A stretch of DNA of 64,000 nt from Candidatus Bathyarchaeia archaeon. Its GTDB lineage: Archaea > Thermoproteota > Bathyarchaeia > Bathyarchaeales > Bathycorpusculaceae. The translations under genes and the position numbers were made by a program. Positions within the stretch are counted from its first letter, which is position 1. Each line of letters begins with the position of its first letter. The notes under the pieces were generated by a model, which was given only the letters and a program-made list of their open reading frames with translations, was not told where the DNA came from and ran no database searches. The stretch covers positions 52,808 through 116,807 of the forward strand of contig JBEKWR010000004.1 of NCBI GenBank assembly GCA_049512935.1, given 5' to 3'. This document shows positions 19,079 through 27,510 of the stretch, piece after piece.

Positions 19079-20137
19079 CTACGGTTTGGGCTGGGCTTTG
19101 GCGGCTGCTGTGTCATGTTTCTTCTTTGTCAGCTTAAGTAGCAGTCCCTTTGAGAAGGATCCTTCTTCAAGCGGCTTCGATTCCAAGAACCCTGATTTTT
19201 CAGCGTTACTGAAGAGTTCTTCGCCTTTTTCAGTGCGGATGATCGTGAACGTCCAACCGTCGAGTCCAAGTCCACCCACGGAGACGTCTGCGAGTTCGTT
19301 GCTGAAGTCTTCACACACACTGCAGCTGGCTCTCACGTAAGGCTTTATGTCGGCAAGCGGTATGGCTGTGGTTCCCGCTGGCGTGGTCACAAGCATTTTT
19401 CCTTTTATGTTCATTTTTGTTATGTCGTTGAGGTTGATGCCGAGTTTTCCTTTTATGTGGGTTTCCATGAGTCCTTCGTAGTCGAAGCATTCCGAGCACA
19501 TGAGCCCCACGAGGTACTTGATGGGTGCGCTCATCTTTTTCACGTTGTTCATCTGCATTTTTCGGACGGCTTGAATCTGGCAGGGCGTGCCCACCAACGC
19601 TACCTGGGTTTTTTTCTGTTTAATCACTTCAGGCAAAGCGAGAAGCGCTGAGGAGCACGTGTACTTTGTACCCGCCGACTCTACGATTTTCTCGGGAGTT
19701 GTCGCTAGAACTGGGACTGGAAGGAAGGGTTTCTCTTGGCTTTTCCCAGAAACCACTGCGCCGTCGATTAACCCGTTCTTCAAGGCGGCGACAAGCATTG
19801 CGGTGGCGGCTCCGCCGTCTTGGCGTGCCTTCAGGATGTCGGTTGGCTTCGCCTGTGCGATGGCTATTCGGCGGTAAACTCCGAATTCTTCCTGTGGATT
19901 TCTTATCTTGCTGAAAGTGAATGCTTCAGCTTTTTCCATAGCCCAGTTGTACCGCGGACAGGCTTGAGCGCATATGCCGCAGACCTTGCATTCCTTCACC
20001 AAACTGGGTTTTCCCTTAGCCATTTCGAGGCTGCCGAAGGGGCAGGTGACAACACATGTTCCGCAACTCGCGCATTTTCCAGTTTCAACAACTTCGGTTA
20101 ATAAAGAGTTTCCAAAACCAATCTTTTTAGTGCTCAT
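19079..20137 (-). CDS. coenzyme F420 hydrogenase/dehydrogenase beta-subunit family protein with N-terminal 2x[4Fe-4S]
   Basis: CASCGTCVVTCP, CKVCGICAQACP, QDGG, GTKY, VGTPCQ, GLMCSE, ADVSVGG. Confidence 0.9.
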   Translation of the reverse strand: MSTKKIGFGNSLLTEVVETGKCASCGTCVVTCPFGSLEMAKGKPSLVKECKVCGICAQACPRYNWAMEKAEAFTFSKIRNPQEEFGVYRRIAIAQAKPTDILKARQDGGAATAMLVAALKNGLIDGAVVSGKSQEKPFLPVPVLATTPEKIVESAGTKYTCSSALLALPEVIKQKKTQVALVGTPCQIQAVRKMQMNNVKKMSAPIKYLVGLMCSECFDYEGLMETHIKGKLGINLNDITKMNIKGKMLVTTPAGTTAIPLADIKPYVRASCSVCEDFSNELADVSVGGLGLDGWTFTIIRTEKGEELFSNAEKSGFLESKPLEEGSFSKGLLLKLTKKKHDTAAAKAQPKP

Positions 20138-20241
20138 AACTATTCTTTATAGAAGTGATTCTATTTAAATTTTAAATCATTAACGTTTTCCGGGAGGCTG
20201 GTGGAACTTCGCTAAAACCAAGCAGATAGCAGCTGGAAATT

Positions 20242-20796
20242 CTAAATGAGGTTCAACGGGTAAACAGATTCCGAGAAGCTTGCGGCAAGCGCATTTGTGT
20301 TCGATGTGCCAAGAATCGCGTACTCGCCGTCAGTCAGTTGAATTATGAGGTCAGTTGAATTGTCAGACACAACATACGCATTTTTTCCATTTCCAAGCGT
20401 AAAAGCCCCAACGTTGAAATGGTCATAGTTTGTTCCATGCTGCTTCGACAGAGTAAAATTTCCTGAACCTATCTGCCCAACGTAAGCAGACGCTATTTTG
20501 TCGGCAGCGATGTTCATGTCGCCAGCTCCGAAGAAGCTGGGCGACTTCACACTCACGTATCCTAAGCCGACGGTTATTGTTGAAGGAGTGTTGGAAGCAA
20601 AAAACAGAAAAATGCCCGATCCAATGACTGCCACCCCTATAATCATCAGCACGACAAAAGTGCCCTTGATGGTTTTTGCTCTTCTTCCCGTAGCAAGAGC
20701 TAACGCCAAGAGAACAGTTCCCATCACCACAAGGATTGCCAAAGCAATAGTTCCAATAAAGGAAGCTGGCTGAACCGTAAACTGCTCAACAGACAT
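20242..20796 (-). CDS. hypothetical membrane protein (2 TM plus a beta-rich, PH-like domain)
   Basis: Two hydrophobic helices, then a HGTN..VGAFTL motif. Confidence 0.65.
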   Translation of the reverse strand: MSVEQFTVQPASFIGTIALAILVVMGTVLLALALATGRRAKTIKGTFVVLMIIGVAVIGSGIFLFFASNTPSTITVGLGYVSVKSPSFFGAGDMNIAADKIASAYVGQIGSGNFTLSKQHGTNYDHFNVGAFTLGNGKNAYVVSDNSTDLIIQLTDGEYAILGTSNTNALAASFSESVYPLNLI

Positions 20797-21204
20797 CTAC
20801 GTTGCCTCCTTGGGCTTGCTGTTCATGTTTTGGCTTGTCTTCAAGAAAAGATAAGCAACGTAGGAAAATAGCCAGGCAACTCCGATCGCTAGCAGAATCG
20901 TGAATGCAACGATGTACCCATACGTGAACAGCAAAAAGCAACCTATGGCGGCAAATGCCACAAATGGAGCGAACAGCAGAACCATTATCCTTCCGCCGAT
21001 GCCCGTTTCTGAGTTGTCCCCGTGTGTCGGCAGCGAAGGGTCTGTTCCGATGTGGGTGACGTTAAATCGGTGAAGGTCCCTGCATTGCGGGCACTTGAGT
21101 ATCCTCTGTGTTCCAAGACGTATCGAGTAGAATGAGACTGACGGGATGAACTCGTAATTGAATCTGTAATGGCAATGCGGGCACTCTACGATTGAAGTAG
21201 TCAA
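20797..21204 (-). CDS. hypothetical Zn-ribbon membrane protein
   Basis: CPHC and CPQC, then 2 TM helices; abuts the next gene. Confidence 0.7.
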   Translation of the reverse strand: MTTSIVECPHCHYRFNYEFIPSVSFYSIRLGTQRILKCPQCRDLHRFNVTHIGTDPSLPTHGDNSETGIGGRIMVLLFAPFVAFAAIGCFLLFTYGYIVAFTILLAIGVAWLFSYVAYLFLKTSQNMNSKPKEAT

Positions 21205-21384
21205 TTGCTTTCACCTCTCACATAGACACGGGCTTGATTAGCTGACTTGTTGACGGAGATTTAAAACTATAGGCAGATTTCTGGTTAACCTGAGTCATCC
21301 GCGAAGTAGCTCTAAACGCGAGGATTATCGTGTGATGTTAGACTTCAGCGTCCCTTTTGAAGTTGTGTACGGAAGTAAACGAGT

Positions 21385-21492
21385 TTAATGTTGGTCATTA
21401 ATCAACAGGGCAAACACGAAAAACCACGCTAATGCAAAAACCACGTAAAGAAGCGGTATCAGAGCTAAACCCCCGTTAACAACGGGTGTCAT
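21385..21492 (-). CDS. putative 35-aa single-TM small protein
   Basis: MTPVVNGGLALIPLLYVVFALAWFFVFALLINDQH, found manually. Confidence 0.3.
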   Translation of the reverse strand: MTPVVNGGLALIPLLYVVFALAWFFVFALLINDQH

Positions 21493-21528
21493 GACCAAAT
21501 TCCATAAAGCGACAAGCCGTGTTTCTTG

Positions 21529-21873
21529 CTAAGCAGTCCAGAAGGAAAAAACATCCAGTTTCTCATTCTCAAACTGCTTTTTCAAGATTCCCTTGACTTC
21601 ATCCTCATCCAAGTTAAAAACGCCTTTCTTATCTTTGTGGAGGGGAATTCCTGTTTCCCTGAGTTTTTCGCCTTTCGGGAAGTCCAAAAAAATGTAGTAG
21701 CGCTTGTCGTGGAGCATTATGAGCCTCAGCACGGTTAGTTCCTTGTTTGGAGAAAACCCGTTTTGTTCAAGGATGAAGACTATTGAGCCAGGCTTCTTTT
21801 CTGTGACTAAGCGTTTGAATTCCTCCCAGCCTTTGACTCTAACTTGACCTTCATCCACGTGTTTACTTATCAT
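21529..21873 (-). CDS. conserved hypothetical protein, paralogue A (see 24989-25336)
   Basis: High similarity to 24989-25336 (LEQNGFSPNK, IFLDFPKGE.LRETGIPLHKDK); GGAGG SD. Confidence 0.8.
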   Translation of the reverse strand: MISKHVDEGQVRVKGWEEFKRLVTEKKPGSIVFILEQNGFSPNKELTVLRLIMLHDKRYYIFLDFPKGEKLRETGIPLHKDKKGVFNLDEDEVKGILKKQFENEKLDVFSFWTA

Positions 21874-21945
21874 CGACCCTCCTTGTCTTCAACTGAAGAT
21901 GCTGCGTTTTCAGGTTTTGGCAAAAAGATAAACTTTTTCATTCCT

Positions 21946-23268
21946 TCACAGTAAGCGGCGATTCTTGCGCCGAAGCATAACCACAAAAAAGGCGAAGAGC
22001 GCCAAGACAATTACAACAACTACTGGGTAAATGAGTTCTGCAGGAATATACAGTCTCGACTGGCTTTTTTGCAGAGGCGGCGGCGTGCCAAAAGCGTAAA
22101 CGTGATGATCCCATGATCCCACGTAAACGATTCCTTCCCAAACGGCAGGCGAAGAACTCACATGGCTCCCAGTTGCGTAGGTCCACACGTCAGCTCCGCT
22201 CGACGCGTTCAGGCAGTAAACGTTTCCATCCCAGCCTCCCACGTAAACGTAGCTGCCAGCGACTGCAGGGGAAGAATCTACCCCGTTTTGGGTGGTGGAG
22301 TTCCAGATTTTCGCTCCCGTCAAAGCATCGAGGCAGTAAACGTTCTTATCCGGGGTCGAAGACACTCCCGTGCCAACGTAAACGTACCCGTTGACGACAG
22401 CGGGGGAGGAATCAACCCAACTTTGAGTTGGGAAGTTCCAAATTTCGTCGCCGCTTGATGCGTTAAGGCAATAGACGTTATCGTCTTCCGACCCGATGTA
22501 GAGGCATCCATTAACAACCGCTGGAGAAGACTCCACTATGCCGCCCGTTGTGTAGTTCCAGTTTTCCTCGCCAGACGATGCGTTGAGGCAATAAACGACG
22601 CCGTTCGCAGAACCAACATAGACGCAGCCATCAGCGAATGCAGGGGAAGACTCTACCAGCCCGCTTGTTGAATAATTCCATATTTCGGAGCCGTTGGAAG
22701 CGTCGAGGCAGTAAACGTTTCCGTCCCATGACCCCACGTACAAGTAGCCGCAGGCAACTGAGGGGCACGACTCCACCACGTTTCCAGTCGTGAAGTTCCA
22801 GACTAACCCGCCTGTTGAAGCGTTCAGGCAGTACACGTTACGGTCGTAGCATCCAAAGTAGACGAGGCCGTCAGCAACCGCCATTGAAGAACTTATCGCC
22901 ATGCCTTCCCCGCCGAGATGCACTCGGCTTGTGCGCACTGAGAAATTCCACACTTGGGATCCGTCCGACGCGTTAAGACAGTAGGCAACTCCGCCGTCAG
23001 AACCCACGTAAACGAGGTCATCAACGACTGCAGGCGAGGCGCTGACTACGCTGTTTGTCGTGTAATTCCAAAGTAAGGTATCGTGTGTTGCGGTCGGTTT
23101 GCTGGTTGAGTAACCCGTGTGAGCTAGGTCGTGATGAAACATCGGCCAGTCATCCGTGGAAGAATTCGCGTAGGTAAACGAAGCTGGGGACAACAAGAGA
23201 AACAAAAACGCCGATGCTACCATGACTGTGGAGACGGAAATAACCAGGGGGCGGCTGGGTTTTTTCAT
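21946..23268 (-). CDS. PQQ-like beta-propeller repeat surface protein
   Basis: Signal/TM N-terminus, DWPMFHHD..HTG, repeated SSPAV..G.VYVGS.DGNVYCLNAS.G...W blades, C-terminal TM with basic tail; start refined. Confidence 0.88.
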   Translation of the reverse strand: MKKPSRPLVISVSTVMVASAFLFLLLSPASFTYANSSTDDWPMFHHDLAHTGYSTSKPTATHDTLLWNYTTNSVVSASPAVVDDLVYVGSDGGVAYCLNASDGSQVWNFSVRTSRVHLGGEGMAISSSMAVADGLVYFGCYDRNVYCLNASTGGLVWNFTTGNVVESCPSVACGYLYVGSWDGNVYCLDASNGSEIWNYSTSGLVESSPAFADGCVYVGSANGVVYCLNASSGEENWNYTTGGIVESSPAVVNGCLYIGSEDDNVYCLNASSGDEIWNFPTQSWVDSSPAVVNGYVYVGTGVSSTPDKNVYCLDALTGAKIWNSTTQNGVDSSPAVAGSYVYVGGWDGNVYCLNASSGADVWTYATGSHVSSSPAVWEGIVYVGSWDHHVYAFGTPPPLQKSQSRLYIPAELIYPVVVVIVLALFAFFVVMLRRKNRRLL

Positions 23269-23464
23269 TATGGCGTCATCTTCAATAACCATTGCTCTAT
23301 CATGGTACTTAAATTTTGATATAATCCAAGTTCCTTTCCGCCTAACACGCCAACCCTGAACGGTCACCGTGAGCTAATCCGAGCCTTCAAAGGAGGAGAC
23401 AAGGTTTACCTGACGAAATGGTAATGTTTTCTTGGGCTCTCAACCCGGAGTTCATGATTTCCCA

Positions 23465-24040
23465 CTAAAGTGAGCCTTTGTACTTGTTAGTTGCTGGGCA
23501 CCCGACGCATTTATGTAGCTCATATCGTATGCATGGGTCGCAGTCTACGCTGCATGGAGCAACCGCGGTTCCTTTGTGCGTCAAGTCTTCTCTTACTTGC
23601 AGGTAAGGCGTGAAGTAAGTGTCGCTTATGGGGTAAAATTCTGATCGGCGTATGCCCGGACCGCTGCGCATTGAACATTTCTCCATCGATATGCTTTCCA
23701 ATGTTTCCTGGTTCTCCGCAAGGACTAACGCGATTAGGTTGAAGCCGCCTACGGTTTTGAATATTTGGATTACCCGCGGGCAATCTTTGAACCTGTCTAG
23801 AAGGTTTTGCATGGCTTGTGCATTTTCCATTTCCAGCATCACGATGGCTGGGTGTAGTCCGAGTTCGGTTGGGTTTAGCTGGGCTGATACTTTGACGGTG
23901 CCGCTTTTTACGAGTTTTTCGAGTCTTTTTTTGGTTCCCATGCTTGTGTACCCAATTTTTTTGGATAGCTCCTTCAGTGTTGTTCTTCCGTCTGTTTGCA
24001 GTTGGGTTACTATTTTTCTGTCGATTTCGTCCATTTTCAC
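23465..24040 (-). CDS. Lrp/AsnC family regulator with Cys-rich C-terminal extension
   Basis: MDEIDRKIV..LQTDGRTTLKELSKKIG HTH; tail CSVDCDPC..CVGCP. Confidence 0.88.
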   Translation of the reverse strand: MKMDEIDRKIVTQLQTDGRTTLKELSKKIGYTSMGTKKRLEKLVKSGTVKVSAQLNPTELGLHPAIVMLEMENAQAMQNLLDRFKDCPRVIQIFKTVGGFNLIALVLAENQETLESISMEKCSMRSGPGIRRSEFYPISDTYFTPYLQVREDLTHKGTAVAPCSVDCDPCIRYELHKCVGCPATNKYKGSL

Positions 24041-24046
24041 TCACGA

Positions 24047-24092
24047 GTTTATATTATAAACGATAATTATTAATAGCATTTATGAAATAAAC
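24047..24092. promoter_or_regulatory. two palindromic putative operators (TTTAT-N3-ATAAA) between divergent genes
   Basis: GTTTATATTATAAAC (24047-24061) and ATTTATGAAATAAAC (24078-24092). Confidence 0.5.
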
Positions 24093-24128
24093 TCTTTGGT
24101 TATAGACAAACATATTGAGGTAAAGAAA

Positions 24129-24512
24129 ATGCCTAACAGACTCATAATTCCAGTAGAAGACAAATCGGGTTTAGACGCGAAAGTTGCGGAACACTTCGGA
24201 AGAGCACCCTACTATGCAGTAATAGACCTTGACGAAAAAGGAAAAACACTAACCGTTAAAACAGAGCCTAACACAAACGAACACATGGGCGGCACAGGTC
24301 ACCCACACGACAGCCTACTTACCCTAAAGCCAACTGCTATCGTTGCCCGCGGCATGGGTCCAGGCGGCCTGCAGAGTTTTCAGGGCGCAGGCGTAACTGT
24401 GCTCAAAGCAGTTGATGACACCGTTAAAGCAACCCTTGCTTCTTTCAAAGAAGGCAAGCTCACCGAGCTTACAGGCGGATGCGAACACGCGCATCATCAT
24501 GAGCACTTTTAA
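24129..24512 (+). CDS. NifB/NifX (dinitrogenase Fe-Mo cofactor biosynthesis) family protein with His-rich tail
   Basis: VAEHFGRAPYY, GMGPG, C-terminal CEHAHHHEHF. Confidence 0.85.
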   Translation: MPNRLIIPVEDKSGLDAKVAEHFGRAPYYAVIDLDEKGKTLTVKTEPNTNEHMGGTGHPHDSLLTLKPTAIVARGMGPGGLQSFQGAGVTVLKAVDDTVKATLASFKEGKLTELTGGCEHAHHHEHF

Positions 24513-24540
24513 TCAATTTAGATGAAGGAAATAGGAAGAG

Positions 24541-24966
24541 GTGAAAAAAATGCCAAAGATAAAGGCAAAGGCAACTTGGGTTGAAAACGTGCGTTCTATG
24601 GTGGACAATCAAAGAACTCACAATGTAGTCTGCGATATGTCAACAGCTGCAGGTGGAACAGATTGCGGGCCAACAGCGCTGGAGCTTAGCATGATGGCTT
24701 TAGCTGACTGCGGAGTCACAATCTTCGCTGACGTCTGCAAGAAAAGCAATATACAGCTAAAGAAAGCCGAAGTAACCGTTGAAGCCGATAAATCCCCTGA
24801 CTCACCTATGGTGACCGCGGTGTCAATGAAAGTTAATGTTGTTTCAAGCGCCCGAAAGGAACTCGTGGACGCGGCGTGGAGACGCACAGAAGCAAACTGT
24901 CCTGTCCTATTGATATTCAAAAACCCAACTCCTGTCCAGGTTGAGTTCGAAAGCAAAACAGAATAA
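24541..24966 (+). CDS. OsmC/Ohr family protein
   Basis: GGTDCGPTALEL..ALADC and NCPV Cys pair. Confidence 0.85.
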   Translation: MKKMPKIKAKATWVENVRSMVDNQRTHNVVCDMSTAAGGTDCGPTALELSMMALADCGVTIFADVCKKSNIQLKKAEVTVEADKSPDSPMVTAVSMKVNVVSSARKELVDAAWRRTEANCPVLLIFKNPTPVQVEFESKTE

Positions 24967-24988
24967 TCACGACATTTTCGGTTATCTA

Positions 24989-25336
24989 TCAAGCGCTGAC
25001 CTTAGGGCTATATTGTCCAGAAAGAAAAACATCTATCTTCTCTTTTTCAAACTCTTTTTCTAGGATAGCTTTAACCTCGTCTTCGTCAAGGTTGAGGATG
25101 CCTTCCTTGTCCTTATGGAGCGGAATCCCTGTTTCTCTTAGAGTTTCGCCTTTGGGGAAGTCAAGAAAAATGCAGTATCGCCACTTATGGAGCATAATGA
25201 CTCTGAGTGTGGTTAGCTTTTTGTTGGGTGAAAACCCATTTTGCTCTAGAACATAAACGATTGAGCCAGACTTCTTCTCACGCACTAACCGTTTGAATTC
25301 TTCACAGCTTCTAACCCTCACGTGACCCTCACTCAT
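24989..25336 (-). CDS. conserved hypothetical protein, paralogue B (C-terminal -1 frameshift relative to A)
   Basis: Paralogue of 21529-21873; one T missing in a T-run changes DVFSFWTI* to DVFLSGQYSPKVSA. Confidence 0.75.
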   Translation of the reverse strand: MSEGHVRVRSCEEFKRLVREKKSGSIVYVLEQNGFSPNKKLTTLRVIMLHKWRYCIFLDFPKGETLRETGIPLHKDKEGILNLDEDEVKAILEKEFEKEKIDVFLSGQYSPKVSA

Positions 25337-25340
25337 GAGC

Positions 25341-25667
25341 CTAACCTTTCTCTTCAGGCGACTGCTTCTTTGCCTGCTTTAACAGGTAGGATTTGCGAAG
25401 GCCCTTGATTATTTCCTGGGTCTGTTTTTTTGAAGGGTGTTTGATGGCGCCGGATGGGCATATGCTGTCGCAGCCTGTGCAGAGCACCACGCAATTGTTC
25501 GGGTTCTTTACGATTGGCTGTTTTTTCCCGTTTTTCTCTTCGAATTCGTAGGTGCCTAGTTTGCAGTAATCTACGCATTTCCCGCAGCTGACGCATTTTT
25601 TGTAGTTTATCGTCGGGTACCATGGGATTTTGCTTCTGGGGATGCCATGCCATGTTTCTTCCGACAT
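25341..25667 (-). CDS. 2x[4Fe-4S] ferredoxin family protein
   Basis: CVSCGKCVDYC and CVVLCTGCDSICP; WHGIPR..IPWYP N-terminus. Confidence 0.88.
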   Translation of the reverse strand: MSEETWHGIPRSKIPWYPTINYKKCVSCGKCVDYCKLGTYEFEEKNGKKQPIVKNPNNCVVLCTGCDSICPSGAIKHPSKKQTQEIIKGLRKSYLLKQAKKQSPEEKG

Positions 25668-25797
25668 TTTGATGCCTCTTAAACAGCCAAGCGTTCATAG
25701 CAACTTTTGAATGTTGTTATCGATACGAGCAAACTATGCCCAATAAAGAAGAAACATAAATTAACCCTGAAACGGAATTTATTTTAGTTGTGAGATT

Positions 25798-26577
25798 GTG
25801 AAGGTAGCGGTTTCTGGTAAAGGCGGCGTTGGAAAAACCCTTATCGCGGGCGGCTTAGCCCGTGGCTTTGTTGAGCGCGGCTTGAAAACAATAGCGATTG
25901 ACGCGGATTCTTCTCCAAACCTCGGTTTAACTTTGGGCTTGTCCGCTGAGGAAACCCGTAAAATCGTTCCTATTTCCGAAAACAAAACGCTTGTTGAATC
26001 TAAAACAAGCACGGGTTACTCGGGAGTTTACAATTTAAATTTCACCGTTGACGACATAGTCAAACAGTACTCTGTTCCCACTCCGCTGGGCGTAAGTTTG
26101 ATTGTTATGGGTACGGTGCAGTCAATGGGTGCAGGATGCATGTGTGCCCCGAACGCTGTCATACGCGCCTTGCTTAGGCATCTGGTTGTGGAGCGGGATG
26201 AGGCGGTTGTTTTGGATTTGGAAGCCGGCGTCGAACATATTGGCAGGGGCACGGCTCGGCAGGTTGATGCGCTGCTTATCGTGGCTGACTCTAACTTGAA
26301 GTCTTTGGAGATTGCCAAGCACATTTATGACATGGCTAAAGAGGCGGGGATGCAGCAGCTTTACCTTGTCGGAAACAGGGTTATGAACGACGCCCAGAAG
26401 CAAGCAATCACCGGGTTTGCCGAAAAGAACGGTTTGCCCCTGCTCTCTTTTGTGCCGTTTGACCAGAAAGTCATCGAAGCTGACATGCTGGGTGAAACTC
26501 CGCTTAAAAACATGGAAATTGAAGCCGTTAAAACCATAGATAATATATGCGAGCTTTTGCTAAAGAAATCACATTAA
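25798..26577 (+). CDS. cooC: CO dehydrogenase/ACS nickel-insertion ATPase (CooC/AcsF)
   Basis: SGKGGVGKT, IDAD, GCMC metal motif, DLEAGVEH. Confidence 0.9.
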   Translation: MKVAVSGKGGVGKTLIAGGLARGFVERGLKTIAIDADSSPNLGLTLGLSAEETRKIVPISENKTLVESKTSTGYSGVYNLNFTVDDIVKQYSVPTPLGVSLIVMGTVQSMGAGCMCAPNAVIRALLRHLVVERDEAVVLDLEAGVEHIGRGTARQVDALLIVADSNLKSLEIAKHIYDMAKEAGMQQLYLVGNRVMNDAQKQAITGFAEKNGLPLLSFVPFDQKVIEADMLGETPLKNMEIEAVKTIDNICELLLKKSH

Positions 26578-26592
26578 CTTTGAGGTTTTAAC

Positions 26593-27357
26593 ATGAAAAC
26601 TCTTGTAACAATAGGACGCGGCGGAACAGGAAAATCCAGTTTCACAGCCCTAATGACCAAATCCCTTATTGAATCAGGACAAGCACCCCTGTTGCTGGTT
26701 GACGCTGACCCAGACCAGAACCTAGCGGAAATGCTTGGAATCGACCTCAAAGAGGCGGGAAAATCAACCATCGCCGAGTTGCTCGTCAGCACGTTCATTG
26801 AGCAGGGAGGCACCACAGTTGGCGTTCCCCCAACCGAACGCATCGAAAGTCGCATCTGGGAAAACGGCCTCTACGAAAGCAAAAACTTCGATTTTCTCGC
26901 GGTAGGCACAAAATGGGTTGAGGGTTGCTACTGCATGCCGAACTCCGCGTTGAAAGGTGCCTTGGAATCGTTAACTAAGAATTACAAGTATATTCTGGTT
27001 GATTCTCCAGCTGGACTTGAAAACCTGAACAGGCGGATTACCTCAAACGTTGACGATATATTTGACATCTTAGACCACTCTAAGAAATCCCAAGACCACG
27101 TAAAAAGAGCCTTCAAAATAGCAAAAGAAGTTGACATGAAGTTTGACAATTTCTACTTGATCGGCGGCTACCGTTTTCCAGCGGAGTTGGGGAAGCAGGC
27201 TGAGGCTGACTTGGGATTCAAGTACTTAGGGAAAATCGCAGAAGACGAAACATTGGACGAGTATGTGCTTAACGGGAAATCGCTGCTTGACCTGCCAAAT
27301 AACAATGAAGCCTACCTTTCAGTGAAGGCTATCATGAAGACGCTTGGCTACTTGTAG
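26593..27357 (+). CDS. cooC: second CooC/AcsF nickel-insertion ATPase
   Basis: GRGGTGKS, VDADPD, EGCYC, DSPAGLE. Confidence 0.88.
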   Translation: MKTLVTIGRGGTGKSSFTALMTKSLIESGQAPLLLVDADPDQNLAEMLGIDLKEAGKSTIAELLVSTFIEQGGTTVGVPPTERIESRIWENGLYESKNFDFLAVGTKWVEGCYCMPNSALKGALESLTKNYKYILVDSPAGLENLNRRITSNVDDIFDILDHSKKSQDHVKRAFKIAKEVDMKFDNFYLIGGYRFPAELGKQAEADLGFKYLGKIAEDETLDEYVLNGKSLLDLPNNNEAYLSVKAIMKTLGYL

Positions 27358-27510
27358 CCAGCGGTTTACATTCTAAACTCGTTTCTTTACACAATTTTTC
27401 GGAACCTTTGCTTTTCTGCATTTGGAACGTGACTTTTGCCTAGAAATCTGGAAAGGTTTAAAAACAAAGTATGTCAGTCTTTAGTTAAACCTTTACAGAG
27501 GTTCCATAAT

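Noticed and set aside
21385-21531. Amber (pyrrolysine) readthrough of 21529-21873 into an in-frame TM segment
   Set aside because: The paralogue has its ancestral TAG at the same position with unrelated downstream sequence, and no pyl genes are in the window.
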